A DNA stretch of 63,449 nucleotides, filler included, from Octopus bimaculoides (Eukaryota): NCBI RefSeq assembly GCF_001194135.2. It is 3 parts of 3 records of this genome, joined end to end, with 100 filler letters (N's around TTAATTAATTAA, not from the genome) between each part and the next. Parts side by side here need not be neighbours in the genome. Positions count along the whole stretch, not along the records: positions 1 to 29,074 come from NC_068994.1; 2 more parts are not named here. One strand, written 5' to 3'. The notes beneath the pieces are model-generated. The model was not told where the DNA came from and did no database searches. It saw only the letters and a program-made list of their open reading frames with translations. How positions within the stretch are numbered: position 1 is the first letter of the stretch; every line of letters begins with the position of its first letter. Of the stretch, positions 14,401 through 29,074 are shown piece after piece. Made by a program: the position numbers and the translations under genes.

Positions 14401-15766
14401 TTTGTCTTTTTTTTTTATCTGATCATCTGTTCGGTTATTTTGTATTTATCTAAAATGTATCCTTCAGCGTAGTTAGCTTTCAGTTTGTAATTAATTATTT
14501 CTTGATATAGAGAATAAGAATTCTTTCTCATTTACTTTTTTGTCTGCAAATTATATCCTTACTGCACTGATCAGATTTCTCCTTGTTTACTCATAATTAC
14601 TTTTCTAGTCCTATTATTACTTTAGTTACATAACCCACTGGCCCTTATGAGTAATGTAAATAATACCCGATTTGTATCAGTTATTGCGTCGAGACTTTGG
14701 AACGCAGTTTCTGGTTTGGATTTGTTATAGTCTGATCACTTGCATTCATAAGCTCAAAAGCAAAACAACTTCCAATAGCGGTATGTCAGTCTTGTTCTCT
14801 TCAATAATAAAAACAAACGATGCAATTGCTACTCATATAAAGAAAATGATTATTGCAAACTATCATCTTAATCATGGAGTACACAAATGAGATCTCCAAC
14901 AATCACTCAAAACATTGGACATCGTTATCACAAAAGTCTCTCCTGGTGATGAAAGTACATTTTTAACATAGTTATGGTATCACTTAGCAAGTTTCTCTAT
15001 CTGCTGTAGAAAATACTGATATATCTTAGTGAAGTCCATAAGGTAGGACATCCAATCTAGATTTTCTCTACACACAACCATTTATCAATCATTAAAAGTA
15101 TTGCAACTGCGGATGCTGTTACTTTTCTATCAGTCCACGATTTTTTGCGGACAGGTAATCAAAGTAGGCACCAATATCAATTACCAGCTATGGTCAAACG
15201 TTCGTCCTGAAAAGTTGAGCTAATTTCCGTATATGGAATCGGCCGATTGTCCTTACGATCACATCAATCTTCTGCAATCGGGTCCCATTATTATGATTTA
15301 GAGAGCCCGCTTCACTTCGTACATCATTCGTTTCAAATAAAATAAAGTATCGTGAACATTTCTGCAGGCAACTATTTTCTCTAAGGCTAATTATTTGCTA
15401 AAGCTTAACCCTTCGACACTCTGATCATCCTCTTCATACAAACGTCCCGTTGCTGGTTATAAGGTGTTTGCTTCATCAATCACCGCCTAATTTGATAAAA
15501 CTATCATGTATGTTCTGTTTGAGCGGAATGATGCAGCGTGAATAAATGTCTTTTAGACAATTTTTCTTGTTTGTCTTCTAACAAATTTATTCTGACGCAG
15601 CATAATAAAAAGTGGAAGTAGGTCATATTTCATTTCCCTCGCGATCTGTAAAAATGTGCTTATTTTGGTAGTTTTGACTTATGAAGTCCCTCTAAGCGTG
15701 AGGCATTATTGTATAGTAATGCCCTTATATAAATTAGATTATAGATGGATATATATATATATATAT

Positions 15767-15837
<71 letters not shown>

Positions 15838-18056
15838 TTCACATATGCATACATATATCATCAATGTATGTGTGTCTGTGCGTGATTGCATTTGTATAAA
15901 CTCTGAAATTGCATTGACATCCTAACAGTAAATTTTTGCCTAAACTGTAGTTGACCAATGATATCTCCTCAGCATTGAAATACGTTATCATTTTTAGAAT
16001 TTCCCTGGCTTATAACGGCCCATCGGAACCTGGTTCTTCCAAAGCTAAATGGAAATGAGTAAACCGTATTCTATATTTAAATCAGTCTAATTGAATTTTG
16101 TTCTCAATGCTATTGAGATGTGCCCTTTAGATAAAGTATTTAATTAAAATACTCACTGGCCCTTTCCATTAGTGCATAAATCTAATTTGTTATATGAAAT
16201 GCAATGTAGTTGGAAGCAATTTGAAATATTTTCGGTTTGTTTCCATCGAGTGAATTAACGTCCATAATTTTCAGACGTGATCTGAATTAGTTTCTGTAGG
16301 TGTATGTATAAACGAGGTCATGAGATTTATTTGTAAACGTTTACATCTGCAAAAACATACAGCAATGCAACCACTTTTTAGTATAATTAAAGTCAGCTCC
16401 TTAAAACGCTTTAACCACATCCATTGTTCAGTGTTTGGTGTTTCTAAATATCTGTCTGGATTGTATGTTATCTGGAAAAAAAAAGACTGTGTATAGCCTA
16501 AAGGTAGCTGGGGAGAACAGATCCTAAACTGGCCTTATTGTTGATCATTGTCAGAACTCAGTAGTAAGAAAGTGCTCTTAACAAGCCGTGTACTATTCTG
16601 GACATAACAATTAATAACGGCTGCAGTTTAAGTCGCAGCACAGTATATCAGTGAAGGCCCAAATTGTGATAATGCCCCGTATAGATTATATGTAATGTAT
16701 CAAAGACTACAACGACCGATGTAACGTTTACCTATCTAAGATAGTAGTGTGTTATTAAAGTTTTTGTTTGCTGTTTCTCGCAATCAACGTAACAAGTAGA
16801 ATGTTTACTTCAAATGGGTTCCAATAATAAACACCCGTCTTTTTCATACATGATGTATTTAGAAATAAGAAACGGTCTGCTAAATTGAAATTTGATTCTC
16901 TTCCTCTGATCACCACGTTTTAGACCCAATAAACGTCAGAAGGTCGACTGGTTCAAGAATGTTCTTTCCAAACGTCAGTCATCTGCGTTTCTCTTTCTTT
17001 ACATACCATTTCCATAGATGCTGCGTTACAACAGTTTAGATAAGTGTTTTTCAACCATTTTTTAACACATGGACCTCTATAACCATTCGTTGTATATATT
17101 AAAAAATCCCGTTTCATTTTTATAATCTAATATTATTAGGAATTGTACAATAAATGTAAGAATATGTTTAAAATGTAGAAATATAACCAATTTATTGCTC
17201 ATACATTTCAACAACAAAATCTTATATGCACACCCCATGAGTTATATAGCCCTCGGTTGAAAATAACAGTTTTAAAGAAAACATCAACTTCATCAATCTT
17301 ATCGTTCTCGGACTGCATGCAAAGAACATGACCATTGCTTCTTCCTCCAGACGTTACAAATAAAAAATAAATTACGAACATGGTCAGCATTAAATAAAGA
17401 AAAATTATTTGAAATAAACCAATATTCGGTGGTGGGGTTGGCTCTTAAACTTCATTTAGTTACATGCTATTCCGTGTTTTCTTTAAAATCAATATACTTT
17501 TCGGAACATTAATCACTGAAAGCAACAAAATAGAAAATATATCAGAAGCAAATAATATCAGATCGGACAATGTTCATTTATCTCGCTGAAAAATACTTTC
17601 CGATATTTTCTATTTTATGTGCGGTTATTTTTAGTGTCCATTGTGAGCATTCTTGTGTTTGGCATGGAACAGCCACATTCTACAAAATTGGCACATTACA
17701 AGGAATCGGTGCGTTGCAAAATGAAGAATCAGTTCTGAAATTGTTTGTTATATTTTCTTTACACAATAACCAACAGAAAACGAACTGGTGTGCAGTTTAA
17801 ATGATTTTCTAATTACATTATCATTGGTTGGATTGCGTGATCAGCAGAGCAAAGGAGCAAAAGTAGATATTGCAGACAATCACGTTACGTAGCTTTTAAC
17901 TTCTGAGCTTAAACACCACTTAGTTCTAGTCTGGCTTTCGTTATTTCCGAAGTCAACAAAAGATAGCACGGATGGCAGACCAAGAACATTGAAATTTAGA
18001 TGGATATGATCAAGCTTGACCATAGTCACAATCGAAACCTGTAAAAGAACGAAATA

Positions 18057-18820
18057 TTGAGCAGAACGATGCAGGAAGCATCGGAGACGTATCAGACACT
18101 GGATCGAAGAGTGAAGAAGAGCTGTCGAAAAGACAAGCGGGTTTGGTTGGAACAAAAGAGCCAGGAGGCGCAGGAGGCGCAGGAGGCAGCGGATCGAAAT
18201 GATACGAAGGCTTTATACCGTATCGTACGTGACCTTACCGGAACGAGAAGCGAACAAGGGGTACCCATCAAGGACAAGAACGGGAAGGCGTAACTGACGG
18301 TCGAAGATCAAACAAAAAGACGGGTCAAACATTTTAAGGAGATGCTAAATCAGCCAGCGCCTGCGGACCTCCTTGCCCTTGACCTACTGTTCCCCGACAA
18401 AGATCTGACGGTGGCGGTGATATGGCTCCTGAAGAACAACAAAGCACCGAGACTGAATATGGGGCAGCGTAGATGCTGAACACGAAGGTCATCCTGTGTT
18501 CGAACATCTGACGGCCCTCTTAAATGTATGCTGGACGACAGGCCGGGTCTCGGATTTGGAAAACATCAGCTCTCTTTCAAAGACTCAAACCCATCTGGGC
18601 AGGCAAGGTGATCTCCACCAATACCAAAGGGCGCCTCTTCAATAGCATCGTCATACAATCCGCAATATACGCGGCGGAAACGTGGAAGACATCGGCAAAG
18701 ATCGCGCGGAAGCTCAATATATTTTAGTTACGATGAGTCCGGCGGATACTGCGAATATTATACCAGGACCACATCACCAGCGATGAGATACATCACCGAA
18801 CTGATACCCGTCCACTCCAT
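18057..18820 (+). mobile_element. RTE-clade LINE remnant with RT core missing
   Basis: LDRRVKKSCRKDKRVWLE...ALYRIVRDLTG...IKDKNGK...HFKEMLNQP...LKNNKAP (pre-RT region) joined near 18550 to ALFQRLKPIW...KGRLFNSIVIQSAIYAAETWK (post-RT region). Confidence 0.85.
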
Positions 18821-20773
18821 GACAGTAGACAAAACATGCTCACTATCATCACACAAAGTCTCAAACTATCTTTATGAAGTAGCGTCATGAAAGAGACTGC
18901 TAGAAACATCTGATTGCCCAGGTGTTAAATAAACACTAGAACTTGACTGAAAATGTATTTTAACGGCACCTCAAGGACGAAAATCAAACATGACGTCAGG
19001 GACATTTAAACTTAACGGAAGGCGTTTTGTCCGATACGGCATCGATCCGATTGGTCAATTTATTGTATTTATACACTCTCTGATATTCTTTATCTCACGC
19101 AGCAGTAAGAGTCCGAATAAAATGAACCAGTGTCATTAAAATTCTCTTATCTGTCAAAACAATTAATTGAAAACATACTGGTTTTCCTTGTTGTTGCCGG
19201 AATCAGAATCGTTAGGTTTCAGTTATCATCCTTCATTAAACTTCAATGACTGACATGAATGACGATAAGATTCATAAACATAAACTCCCCATATTTCAAT
19301 AATTGCCAGCATACATTTATTATATTATACTAAAAGTAAGAACCACACCTAGAAACTGCAAATTCATATGTATTATTTGAAATGCACTTCAAGCTGAAAC
19401 TGATAGTAACTGTTGTAAAGAGTCTGGTGATAAGAGTAGTTGATTGAAGCACAGAGCCAAGGATATGAAATAGCTACATATTCTATCGCTCACAGGATGG
19501 TCTGTATGCTGACTGTGATGTAGGTACACTTGCACTTTCGAAGTCAATAATAGGTTCTTAAAAATTTGACCTTATAGTCTTCTAACAATGAATATTATAT
19601 CTCATCAAGTGTCTTTAGATACATGTGGAAAATGACTGAAAAATTAAATGGTCGTGGCTAGAAAGCCTTTAGTAAGTTTATTTGATTTATGACTTATCGT
19701 TATTATTCATGTCTGACTTCACATTTAACTCTGAGTTATCATGACAACAGACAGTTAATCAACGAGAACAACTTCCAGCAATATATGCGAAACCTAAGCG
19801 GGCATGCCAACGTTTCAAAAACAGAATTTATGTATAAATCTGACATTTATAACGAACAAACAATCAACAACTTTGGATGAATATAGGGTGTTGGCTGTCG
19901 AAATAATATTTATATCAAATTGTGCAGACGATGAAAATAGCCGAAAAGTAATGAAAAAAAAAAAAGAACAGAGAAACTGTGCAGAATTAATGTCTAACAT
20001 AATTGTCTCCCTTTACGTCCATGTTCAGTTCGTACTTCATAAAAAGCAAAAACAATGAAATATTCATATTGCTTCTATAACCCATTTCTAGTTCTAGTGT
20101 ACTACAAAAGTTTTGTGGTTTAGTTTTAGGGTTTCTAGTGTTGTTTCATTTAAAGCTTTTTATTATTTTAAGTTAAATTGGAGGCTGATGAAAGTTTTCA
20201 TATGGTTATAAGCAATATCATTTAGGAAAGTAGTTGTATTAGAATCGTTAGGTTGGGCATTAGGTGATAATTACGTCTTGGTACATTTGTCACACGAGTG
20301 TATATGATGTTGCACAAGCACACACTACTCAGTGCAATGAATCTCATAACAGAAATAATCTCATAACAGAAATGCAAGTGATTTCTGCTTAATTGTCATT
20401 CATTAATTGGTATATAAAGTATAAATTCTATGAAAAAAACATATGTATATATGTATAATTTTATTGTGATTTTCATGCTCACCTGCTCGTGCTTATATAT
20501 AATTTTTCAAATCCACCGCGCAAGCGCCGTTTTTTGTCGGCAGTAAATAAAAATAATGCCGAATATCTTAATTTTTATTCCCTTCGAAATTTATCCCTAA
20601 AAGTGGTTTGGATTTTGGTTACTCATTCTAGCGAGCTAGGAGACCTATGATGGTCACCTCTTATGTGTTTTAATATACACTGTATTTATATGAATAATAT
20701 GTAGTCTATTGACTGGTTTTCTACATGCTAAGCCACTGGTAGTAAAACATTTCTAAAATTTGTTCATACCCTG

Positions 20774-20837
<64 letters not shown>

Positions 20838-20950
20838 CTATCTATGTATGTATGTATGTAAATACATATACATACATAAAAAAGGACCACTCTGTCGGTT
20901 ACGGCGACGTGGGTCCCAACGGAATGGCTTGCTCGTGAAATTAGCGTGCA

Positions 20951-21033
<83 letters not shown>

Positions 21034-21550
21034 AAGATAGGCAGAGAGAGAGAAATAGACAGACAAATAGGTGGATAGCTAGATAGAGAGAAAGAGAGAG
21101 AGAGAGAGAGACGCACATACGCACATATTTACACACGCATTCATACACATTAATGCCCAGAAGGTCATGCACGTATGTATATACACGTATGGAAATATAT
21201 GTAGGTATATGCTTGCATCTGCGCATGTATATAATAGTGCTTATATTACTCAAAAATTTTTTTAAAAACGGGGTTTGACAAGAAAACAACAGTGTAAATT
21301 AAACTAAAGCATTAAAGAAAGAGACCAGTGAAGCATCAGGGAGATTTATAACATGGCATAACGAAACGATATCAGATTAACGTATGTTGGAATATCTGGA
21401 AAGTCTTTCATGAATGTAAAGAACCCTGTATTGATATCTTTGAAATGCAATACTTTCTGCGTGATCAAAAAACTTATAAAATGATTTTTTTCCCCCTTAA
21501 TGCTGTGTAATATTTTGTTTAACGCAACAGTTAGGCTGTGAATATGATAT

Positions 21551-21741
21551 TCTTTCCTACGCTAGGCACAAGGCCTGCAATTTTGAGGGAGGAGGCACTC
21601 GATTAAATCGACCTCAGTACGCAACTAGTACTTATTTAATCGACCTCGAACTCGGCGGAATTTGAACTCATAACGCAAGGACACGAAATATCGCTAAACA
21701 TTTCGCCCGGCGTGCTAGCGAATCTGCCAGCTCGCCGCCTT
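21551..21741 (-). mobile_element. SINE family A (tail type 2), internal deletion
   Basis: Ends ctgccagctcgccgcctt (head); reverse complement matches 59231-59427. Confidence 0.85.
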
Positions 21742-21862
21742 AGAATGTATATATGATATTACAGTCATTGTCTTGGTTTCATTTAAAGGGGCTACTTTGT
21801 CTCCTTTGCTCCTCTTCTACGTTCTTGATCGGAAAATGTAGCCTCCGCTGGTGCTGTCAACA

Positions 21863-21937
21863 ATGGACGAGTTCGCTTTGCTTGAAAACGAAACTGTATT
21901 TAATTCTTCTGCAGCTGATGAAGTAAAATATTTACTG
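21863..21937 (+). CDS. Candidate first coding exon of an unidentified gene (MDEFALLENETVFNSSAADEVKYLL)
   Basis: aacaATGG start context, 25 open codons ending at a consensus CTG|GTAAGT donor. No homologue recognised; downstream exons not established. Confidence 0.3.
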
Positions 21938-22242
21938 GTAAGTTTTAGTGATCAGGGAAGAGGTAATTTGCAGTAAATATTTCATATTTTCTTTATGTGG
22001 TATGTTTGAAATTCATATTTTGTTTCGTTCATTAGACATATTGTCGTAGCTTCTGCTTCTCGTTGTGTCAGTTAGGAATCTTGGGATTCAATATCTTGCT
22101 TAGAAAAAACTAGAACTTTATTTGGCTTCATGTCCGACTATCAACTACTATTACTACTACTACTACTATCACATGAACACACACGCACGCCCACACATGT
22201 ATTTGCATATGTACATACATACAAATATACGTATGTGTGCAT

Positions 22243-22288
<46 letters not shown>

Positions 22289-22383
22289 GTGTATATATTT
22301 GTATATACGTGATGATATGTGAAGAGGTATGCATATCTACATTTATGTATACGAATACACAGACATTTGTGAGCGTGTGTGTG

Positions 22384-22415
<32 letters not shown>

Positions 22416-22459
22416 TGTATGTATGTACGTGTGTATACACACACATACACACACACAAA

Positions 22460-22546
<87 letters not shown>

Positions 22547-23319
22547 AGATGTCCGCCCACATGTTTCCTGCTATTGTTTCACGAGTGGCAGCTGGTCCTA
22601 TTTATATGTCGAATTGTCAAGGTAATTAGAAGCCTACTTTTCGTCGTGTTCATCTCGAATTACCTGTATCTGCACATTTTATTCTGCTGCATAAGAGTCC
22701 TCTCTCACCATTCAATTACTTCTGTGTAATATTATCGACCATGAATGCCAAGATTACTTCCAAATGAATCATATATTTAGATATACCACGACAAAACTAA
22801 ATAGCACAGAGAAGTTTGTTTCGTTTTACTTTCTCTTCATATTGCTGTCCCTTTGCCTAGAGCTGCTTCTCCACCTCCTTTTACTTCTCCAGTACTCTCA
22901 AAATGCATTCAGTGCCTCAGGGAACATCTACATAAGTTCCAATATAATGTAGGATTTCGCTTAGCCATAACGGTGCTATTAACCAGTTACTGGAAGTCAG
23001 TATACATATGCTTCAGAATAAAGCGTTAGGCAAGTACAGTGAGTAATATTAATTCTTTGAATGATTTAGGAACTGAAATTACACAATCAAATTCATTAGT
23101 TTACAACTGTTTCTGAGGCACCTGAATATATCATGCGTCACAAAAGTGTTCGTACACTAAATGTCGTTACAATTCTTTCTGAAGAATTTCTTTCTCCCCA
23201 TAGTGTGGCTTTCTTCTCTGCAGATGCTAGAATTTCTCTAGTGTAAGGAATATGTCATGGGTGTATAAACTTCATTGATTTAGGCTAAAAACCAGCAATT
23301 TAAAAGCGTGGACATTAGT

Positions 23320-23462
23320 GTGTACAATCAACCCAATGCTGGATATGTACTATATTTTATCCACTCAGAAAGTATAAAGGCAAAGTTTACCTCAGCAGAA
23401 TTTGAACTCAGAGTGCAGGAACTAGAAACAAATATCGCAAAGCATTTTCTCTGGCGATCTAA
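23320..23462 (-). mobile_element. SINE family A, degenerate
   Basis: aaaggcaaagtttacctcagcagaatttgaactcag matches the A core and B-box. Confidence 0.65.
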
Positions 23463-24494
23463 CTCCAATTATTACGTCGATGCGTGAAAGCTATTTAGAT
23501 AAATTCTTTACGATTTCTTATTTCACGCCGGTAAGCTTTTGATGTTTTTAACCCTCCACTAACGAAATTTAATGTATAATTGTAGTTGTATACATTGGCT
23601 CCAGTATTACTGCGTTTGTTATTTATTTACTCGAAGTGTATGAAATTCTATGTTAACATTGTTAATATTTGAAGACTGGCATAGCAGTAGGGAATTAATA
23701 TTCGCTCTATTCAATTTCTGTCACGTTGCTGATAATTTTTAAAATATACATTTCTATCCAGGTAACAAACACATACATATCGCTCATGGTAAAATGTTGC
23801 TAAGGTTTGTGGCTGTTATATTCGATTACATCTGCTCCCAACACTCAACTAGTGCTCGATTTATTCATCCATTCATCACCTAAAAAGAAAGGGTGTGTTG
23901 GTGGTATTGGCGGTATATGATGCCAGAAAGAGCAAAAGACGGAACTGAAGTACTCAAAACACCTCGTCAGTCATCCTTCTGTTTTAGCCAATTTTGTTCA
24001 CTATTTTAACAACAGTCTCTAGAATAGAAAGTATAGGAGAAGTAAGATGGAGTAGGAGATTGCAAAATAAAAGTTTAAGAAATAGAAATAAAAATCAAAC
24101 TAATAAAATATATTTTGTATTCCCATGATGGAATTAATTACTGTTAGCAAATTGAATTTCTTAATTTAAAAATATGTAATTTAGAAACAACTCAACAATA
24201 AATACACATTGAGGTTGCAATTTTTGGAGAAGAAAGGTGAAAAAATAGAATAGAAGAATTAAAATCAAATTTATTTTTTTAAAAAGCCGAATTAAAATTT
24301 TCTTTACAAAACTAATTTCATTTAAATTTTCTGTTTTATTGGATTGCAGCTTTAGACCGGAATCGGAAATTGTTTGCAGTACAAAGATACGTTAATTGCT
24401 AACATAAACAGTTTTGGGTTGACTTGTCAACTATGTATCGATTTGTGTGTGCGTATAGATCTACACGCGTGTGTGTGCGTGTATCTCTCTTTTA

Positions 24495-24885
24495 CTCTTT
24501 TACTTGTTTCAGTCATTTGACTGCGGCCATGCTGGAGCACCGCCTTTAGTCGAGCAAATTGACCCCCAGCACTTATTTTTCGTAAGCCTAGTACTTATTC
24601 GATCCGTCTCTTTTGCCGAACCACTAAGTGACGGGGACATAAACACAACAGTATCGGTTGTCAAGTGATGTTGGGGGGGACAAACACAGACACACAAACA
24701 CACACACACATATATATACATATATACGACGAGTTTCTTTCAGTTTCTGTCTATCAATCACAAGGATTTTGGTCGGCCCGAGGCTATAGTAGAAGACACT
24801 TGCCCAAGATGCCACGCAGTGGGACTGAACCCGGAGCCATGTCGTTGGTAAGCAAGCTACTTACCACACAGCCACTCCTGCGCCT
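24495..24885 (-). mobile_element. SINE family B, full length
   Basis: Minus-strand tRNA-like head aggcgcaggagtggctgtgtggtaag...ggttcagtcccactgcg, then ttgggcaagtgtctt and an internal CA/TA tract; closely matches 58222-58597. Confidence 0.9.
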
Positions 24886-24934
24886 CTATTAATATTTTAT
24901 TAACAAATCATTAATCTTTTCTTTCTTTCTTTCT

Positions 24935-25620
24935 GTAATGGTCCTTCCCTTGGACACCCAGGATTGGTCAGATGCTGTGCTCGTTCTCTTGACCAATCTT
25001 TTCCGTGGTGATTCCTTCAATGCTCATATCCTTCCATAGAATCATTCTATTTCTTTCTTCCTGTTCCTGTATAATTAACATTTACACAGTTCTTGATAAA
25101 ATAGTTGTGTATTATAATCGAAATGTTTGTTTTCTTCAATTTACCGTTGGCATTTTTCGTGCTAACGAATTCTTTACAATTCAGCAAGATTCTCTGTCTT
25201 GTTTTAAGGTGTATTTGATTTCAGATTCAATCTTGTTTTTATTTTTGTTATATTATGCTTCGTTAGTATTTCTTTGCTTTTCTTTCAGTTGTGTTGATTT
25301 CTTATCGATTTAACTAGGAATCCAGAGATCCTTTTCGATATTTGAATATTTTCCTTAATCTCTTGTCTAGTCTTCAGTATTGATACTCATATCTCAGTGG
25401 ACCACAGCGCCTCCCCAAATTTCCTTTGTAACCACAGACGCTACTGTACATAGTGCTTCGTCTAACCTGATAATGTTAATGATTCTGTCTGTTGTAAGAC
25501 ATTGATTGCCAAGTATATCTTTCTTACTGCTGTTGATCATTTTATTGTTGAGCGTTATCCTTGGACTTTCCTGATGACAACCGCAATCCTCTGCCGGCTG
25601 CTTTCTTCCCTCTTTTCATA
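24935..25620 (-). mobile_element. R4/Dong-like LINE, decayed pre-RT region
   Basis: Minus-strand fragments ENKHFDYNTQLFYQEL (cf. QNxxFxxNxKxFYRxL) and RLDEALCTVASVV; many stops and frameshifts. Confidence 0.5.
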
Positions 25621-25961
25621 TTAAGTACCGAGAATTTGGTAATCCCGAAATGAAGTAGACTGACATATCAAATTTTGAACCCGTTGAAGGTACACGAGAT
25701 ACCGAAATATCGTTCAGCAAATTTAATTATGGCACTCATCTTTATTTACATATTCTTTCCAGAGGAATCATAGCANNNNNNNNNNNNNNNNNNNNNNNNN
25801 NNNNNNNNNNNNNNNNNNNNNNNNNNNNNNNNNNNNNNNNNNNNNNNNNNNNNNNNNNNNNNNNNNNNNNNNNNNNNNNNNNNNNNNNNNNNNNNNNNNN
25901 NNNNNNNNNNNNNNNNNNNNNNNNNNNNNNNNNNNNNNNNNNNNNNNNNNNNNNNNNNNNN

Positions 25962-26057
25962 GGATGGAAAGTCGACCTCGGCAGAATTTGAACTTGGAAC
26001 GTAGCGACGGGCGTAATACCGCTAAGCATTTCGCCCTGCGTGTTAACGATTCTGCCC
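25962..26057 (-). mobile_element. SINE family A head (truncated by gap)
   Basis: aaagtcgacctcggcagaatttgaact...accgctaagcatttcgccc..cgtgttaacgattctgcc. Confidence 0.8.
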
Positions 26058-26199
26058 AGGAATTTATTAGGTGCTACATGTATGGATTAAAACAGTTTCA
26101 TTCATATTCGTTGGTACTCCGAGTTTCAAATTCAAAATTACTGAAGTCTAGCAACACGCCTGAAAATCGAGGTACCAACAAATTTGAATCAGACTGTTT

Positions 26200-26246
<47 letters not shown>

Positions 26247-26896
26247 GAGAAACAGAGGAAGAGTAGTCCGATTTTAGAGAAATACTTTTGAATTTTAATG
26301 ACATTATGCAACAAATGTAATTTTACGAATTATAATGCTCTTTATTAACCAGGATCACAAGCAGAAAATATGCAAATGCCAATCTAGCCCTAAACATCAA
26401 TACAGTAATATAATGCTACTCTATTTTTTCGTTATTGCTACAACATACTTTTACTTTTGTGTACAACAAACACTCCTTCAAATTCTTTATGAAACAAATA
26501 TATCACTACTACAATATATATATTGGATTACAAAATATGAATAAACATATTGCAATGGAATTCATCCGATTGTTATATCAGTTTGCTTAATGCATAAATA
26601 TTCTATAAATGTATAATAAATAGATACAAAGAAAATCCACCTGCTATATGTAATTTAATATTAAATGGGAAGATGTAAAATACAACATAAACTATATGGC
26701 ATTCTCCCTCGTCCATTGAACGTGTAACAAGGAGCAAAACCTTGATTCAATGATAATACTGATCTTGGTAAATAATTGCAGTCGTAGCAAACTGGCAGTC
26801 ATGGATATTGGCGGATACGAACTTAGCAACTTAGGTTAATCGGGAATTTAATACTATTGGAAGCGTATTGTCATTGTTCTGTAAAGAGTAACTACA

Positions 26897-26944
<48 letters not shown>

Positions 26945-29016
26945 GTATATGTATATTTATATCCATGATTACATGGAATGAGAATTTTGTCATTGTTGTT
27001 GATGTCGTCGTTGCTTACCTTCGCGCAAGTTCTCAACAAGCTTTCCTCACCAACCATGGTAAATTTCCAATATGTTACCCTTGCGTCTTGTTATTTCAAG
27101 CTCACGCTATCTAGGAATATATGGTCCAACATGATCTACCGTTTTAAGAGTCTAAGACAGTGACTAGATGCAGATTTGGCTGCTATATTTAGCAGAATGT
27201 GTTGCCATTTCGAGAAGCCTTTATTGCCTTTTATTTTTACCTGTTGCTGTCGTCCCTGGAAGCATTTCTCGGTTACACTAGATTGATCAAATCAATGATT
27301 ATAAGATTTATGGCCATGATAATTTCCTTTGTTATCAGGGAAAGGAAATCTAGCTCATGATTACCCTCGATGTTTTCTTTTATAAGTGGATATTTGTGAT
27401 TGAAGAGAGATTGTGCAACCGTAGCTAGAAGAAAACGCGTTAACTTCAATATATGTAGGTGCGATGATTGAATGAAAAATGTCGACTTTTGTATCAAGAA
27501 TGATAATCGAGATATATTTAAGTGTATTGTCAACTTGGTTGTATATTGTTAACGGAGGTAATGTATATCCATTGATATAATGTCAGAGCTCAGGAACGCC
27601 AAGATGTTTTCTTCATCATATCAACTAGATTTATTTCAACAACCACTTTTCGTTTGAATTATTTATTGCTAGCTCAAAACCACTCAAGTTCTTCCGATTC
27701 GGGATTTTAATATATCTACCTAGTGGATTCTGAAAAAGCGAAAGATATATGTCCTTGCCATAGATATATCTTAGAGGAAGTAGCGGAAATAGATATAAGA
27801 TTTAATGTCTGAATCTTAGGATTTTAAAAATAACATCTCGAGAGTTTAATTTAACTTACCACATGCAAATACAAATCGATTGCAAAAATCAAGGACAGAC
27901 ACACAGAGATAAAGAAAAGCTTACACACTTGTGTAACATATATTTAATTACAAGCCAACGAAGTGCCGGGCCTTTTAACCGAATTTCAATCAAAACAAAT
28001 TGGCAGTTTATATATCGACATTGACCCTTTCGATATTTTGAAATGACCTTGTAAAGCATGAAACAGTGCAATTATCTACACACAAAATGGCCGCACAATC
28101 CACTAGAAATATTTGTTAAACCGCTTTCATCTTCTTACCCATCTTTGAAATAAATATATTAGGTGTTCATAGATAATTTTAGGGTAATTATATTGCTAAT
28201 ATATAGAAATGAATAATTTATTCAGCATAAGTATCTTTAAATTATATTTCCCTAAGAATGTGTGTTCTGTCTTGAATTGAGAAACGTAGGCAACAAACCA
28301 AATTACTATTATAATGTAGTATTCTCAAAGAATGGTTATGAAGAGAAACCAAAACCGAAACTGAGAAAGATTAGTCACTTTTGTACAAGGAATTTTTCAA
28401 TCTCCATCAAAATAGCCTAAAACTCTAAACTCCTAGATAATCATTTCTACAAAATAAGACACACATTCAAAATATTTAAAACATACGCAGTTAAATTGTC
28501 ATATTCAACTACACACAATTTCACAAAAACTAATTAGTTCTTCAAACCGAACAAGAAACAACTAGCTATTCTAATAGCACTAGTCATTTACATTATTGCG
28601 ATGTAACTAGTGAGAACCTCAAAGAACAAAGCCTATCCAAAAAAGAAAACAAGAATCCCTCACAGGTAGTGAGCTTTCTAAAAATTCCATTTATCCATTA
28701 CTCTAGATTATTCACTTCCACAGAGAGAAATACAACGTTGAGTTGTGCTAGTTTTGAATTCAGAACTCAATGATCCGGAAGAACTTGATCGAGGATTTTT
28801 TTCTGAACTCTCAAACGTACCGCCAATTCTATCACTATCCTTTCACTTTGATACATCTTTGTTCAACCTATTTATGCAAACAGACGCACACACAAACACA
28901 CACACACATATGTGTGTGTTTATGTCAGTCTCTTTATATGTGAATGTACACACATTCGAGAAGGTATGCACATATATTTATATATTCATTCATGTGCGTG
29001 TGTGTGTGATGTGTGC

Positions 29017-29074
<58 letters not shown>

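Noticed and set aside
21863-21937. Resemblance of MDEF..ETVF..DEV to the Tctex1/DYNLT N-terminus
   Set aside because: Needs an insertion, and no downstream Tctex1 sequence is found.
22549-23245. Three short open + strand frames as exons following 21863-21937
   Set aside because: Poor or phase-incompatible splice sites (one acceptor is inside a TA repeat) and no recognisable protein.
28693-28860. Short open frames on both strands (ELNDPEELDRGFF / GGTFESSEKNPRSSSSG)
   Set aside because: Both strands are equally plausible and there is no homology; cannot be supported.
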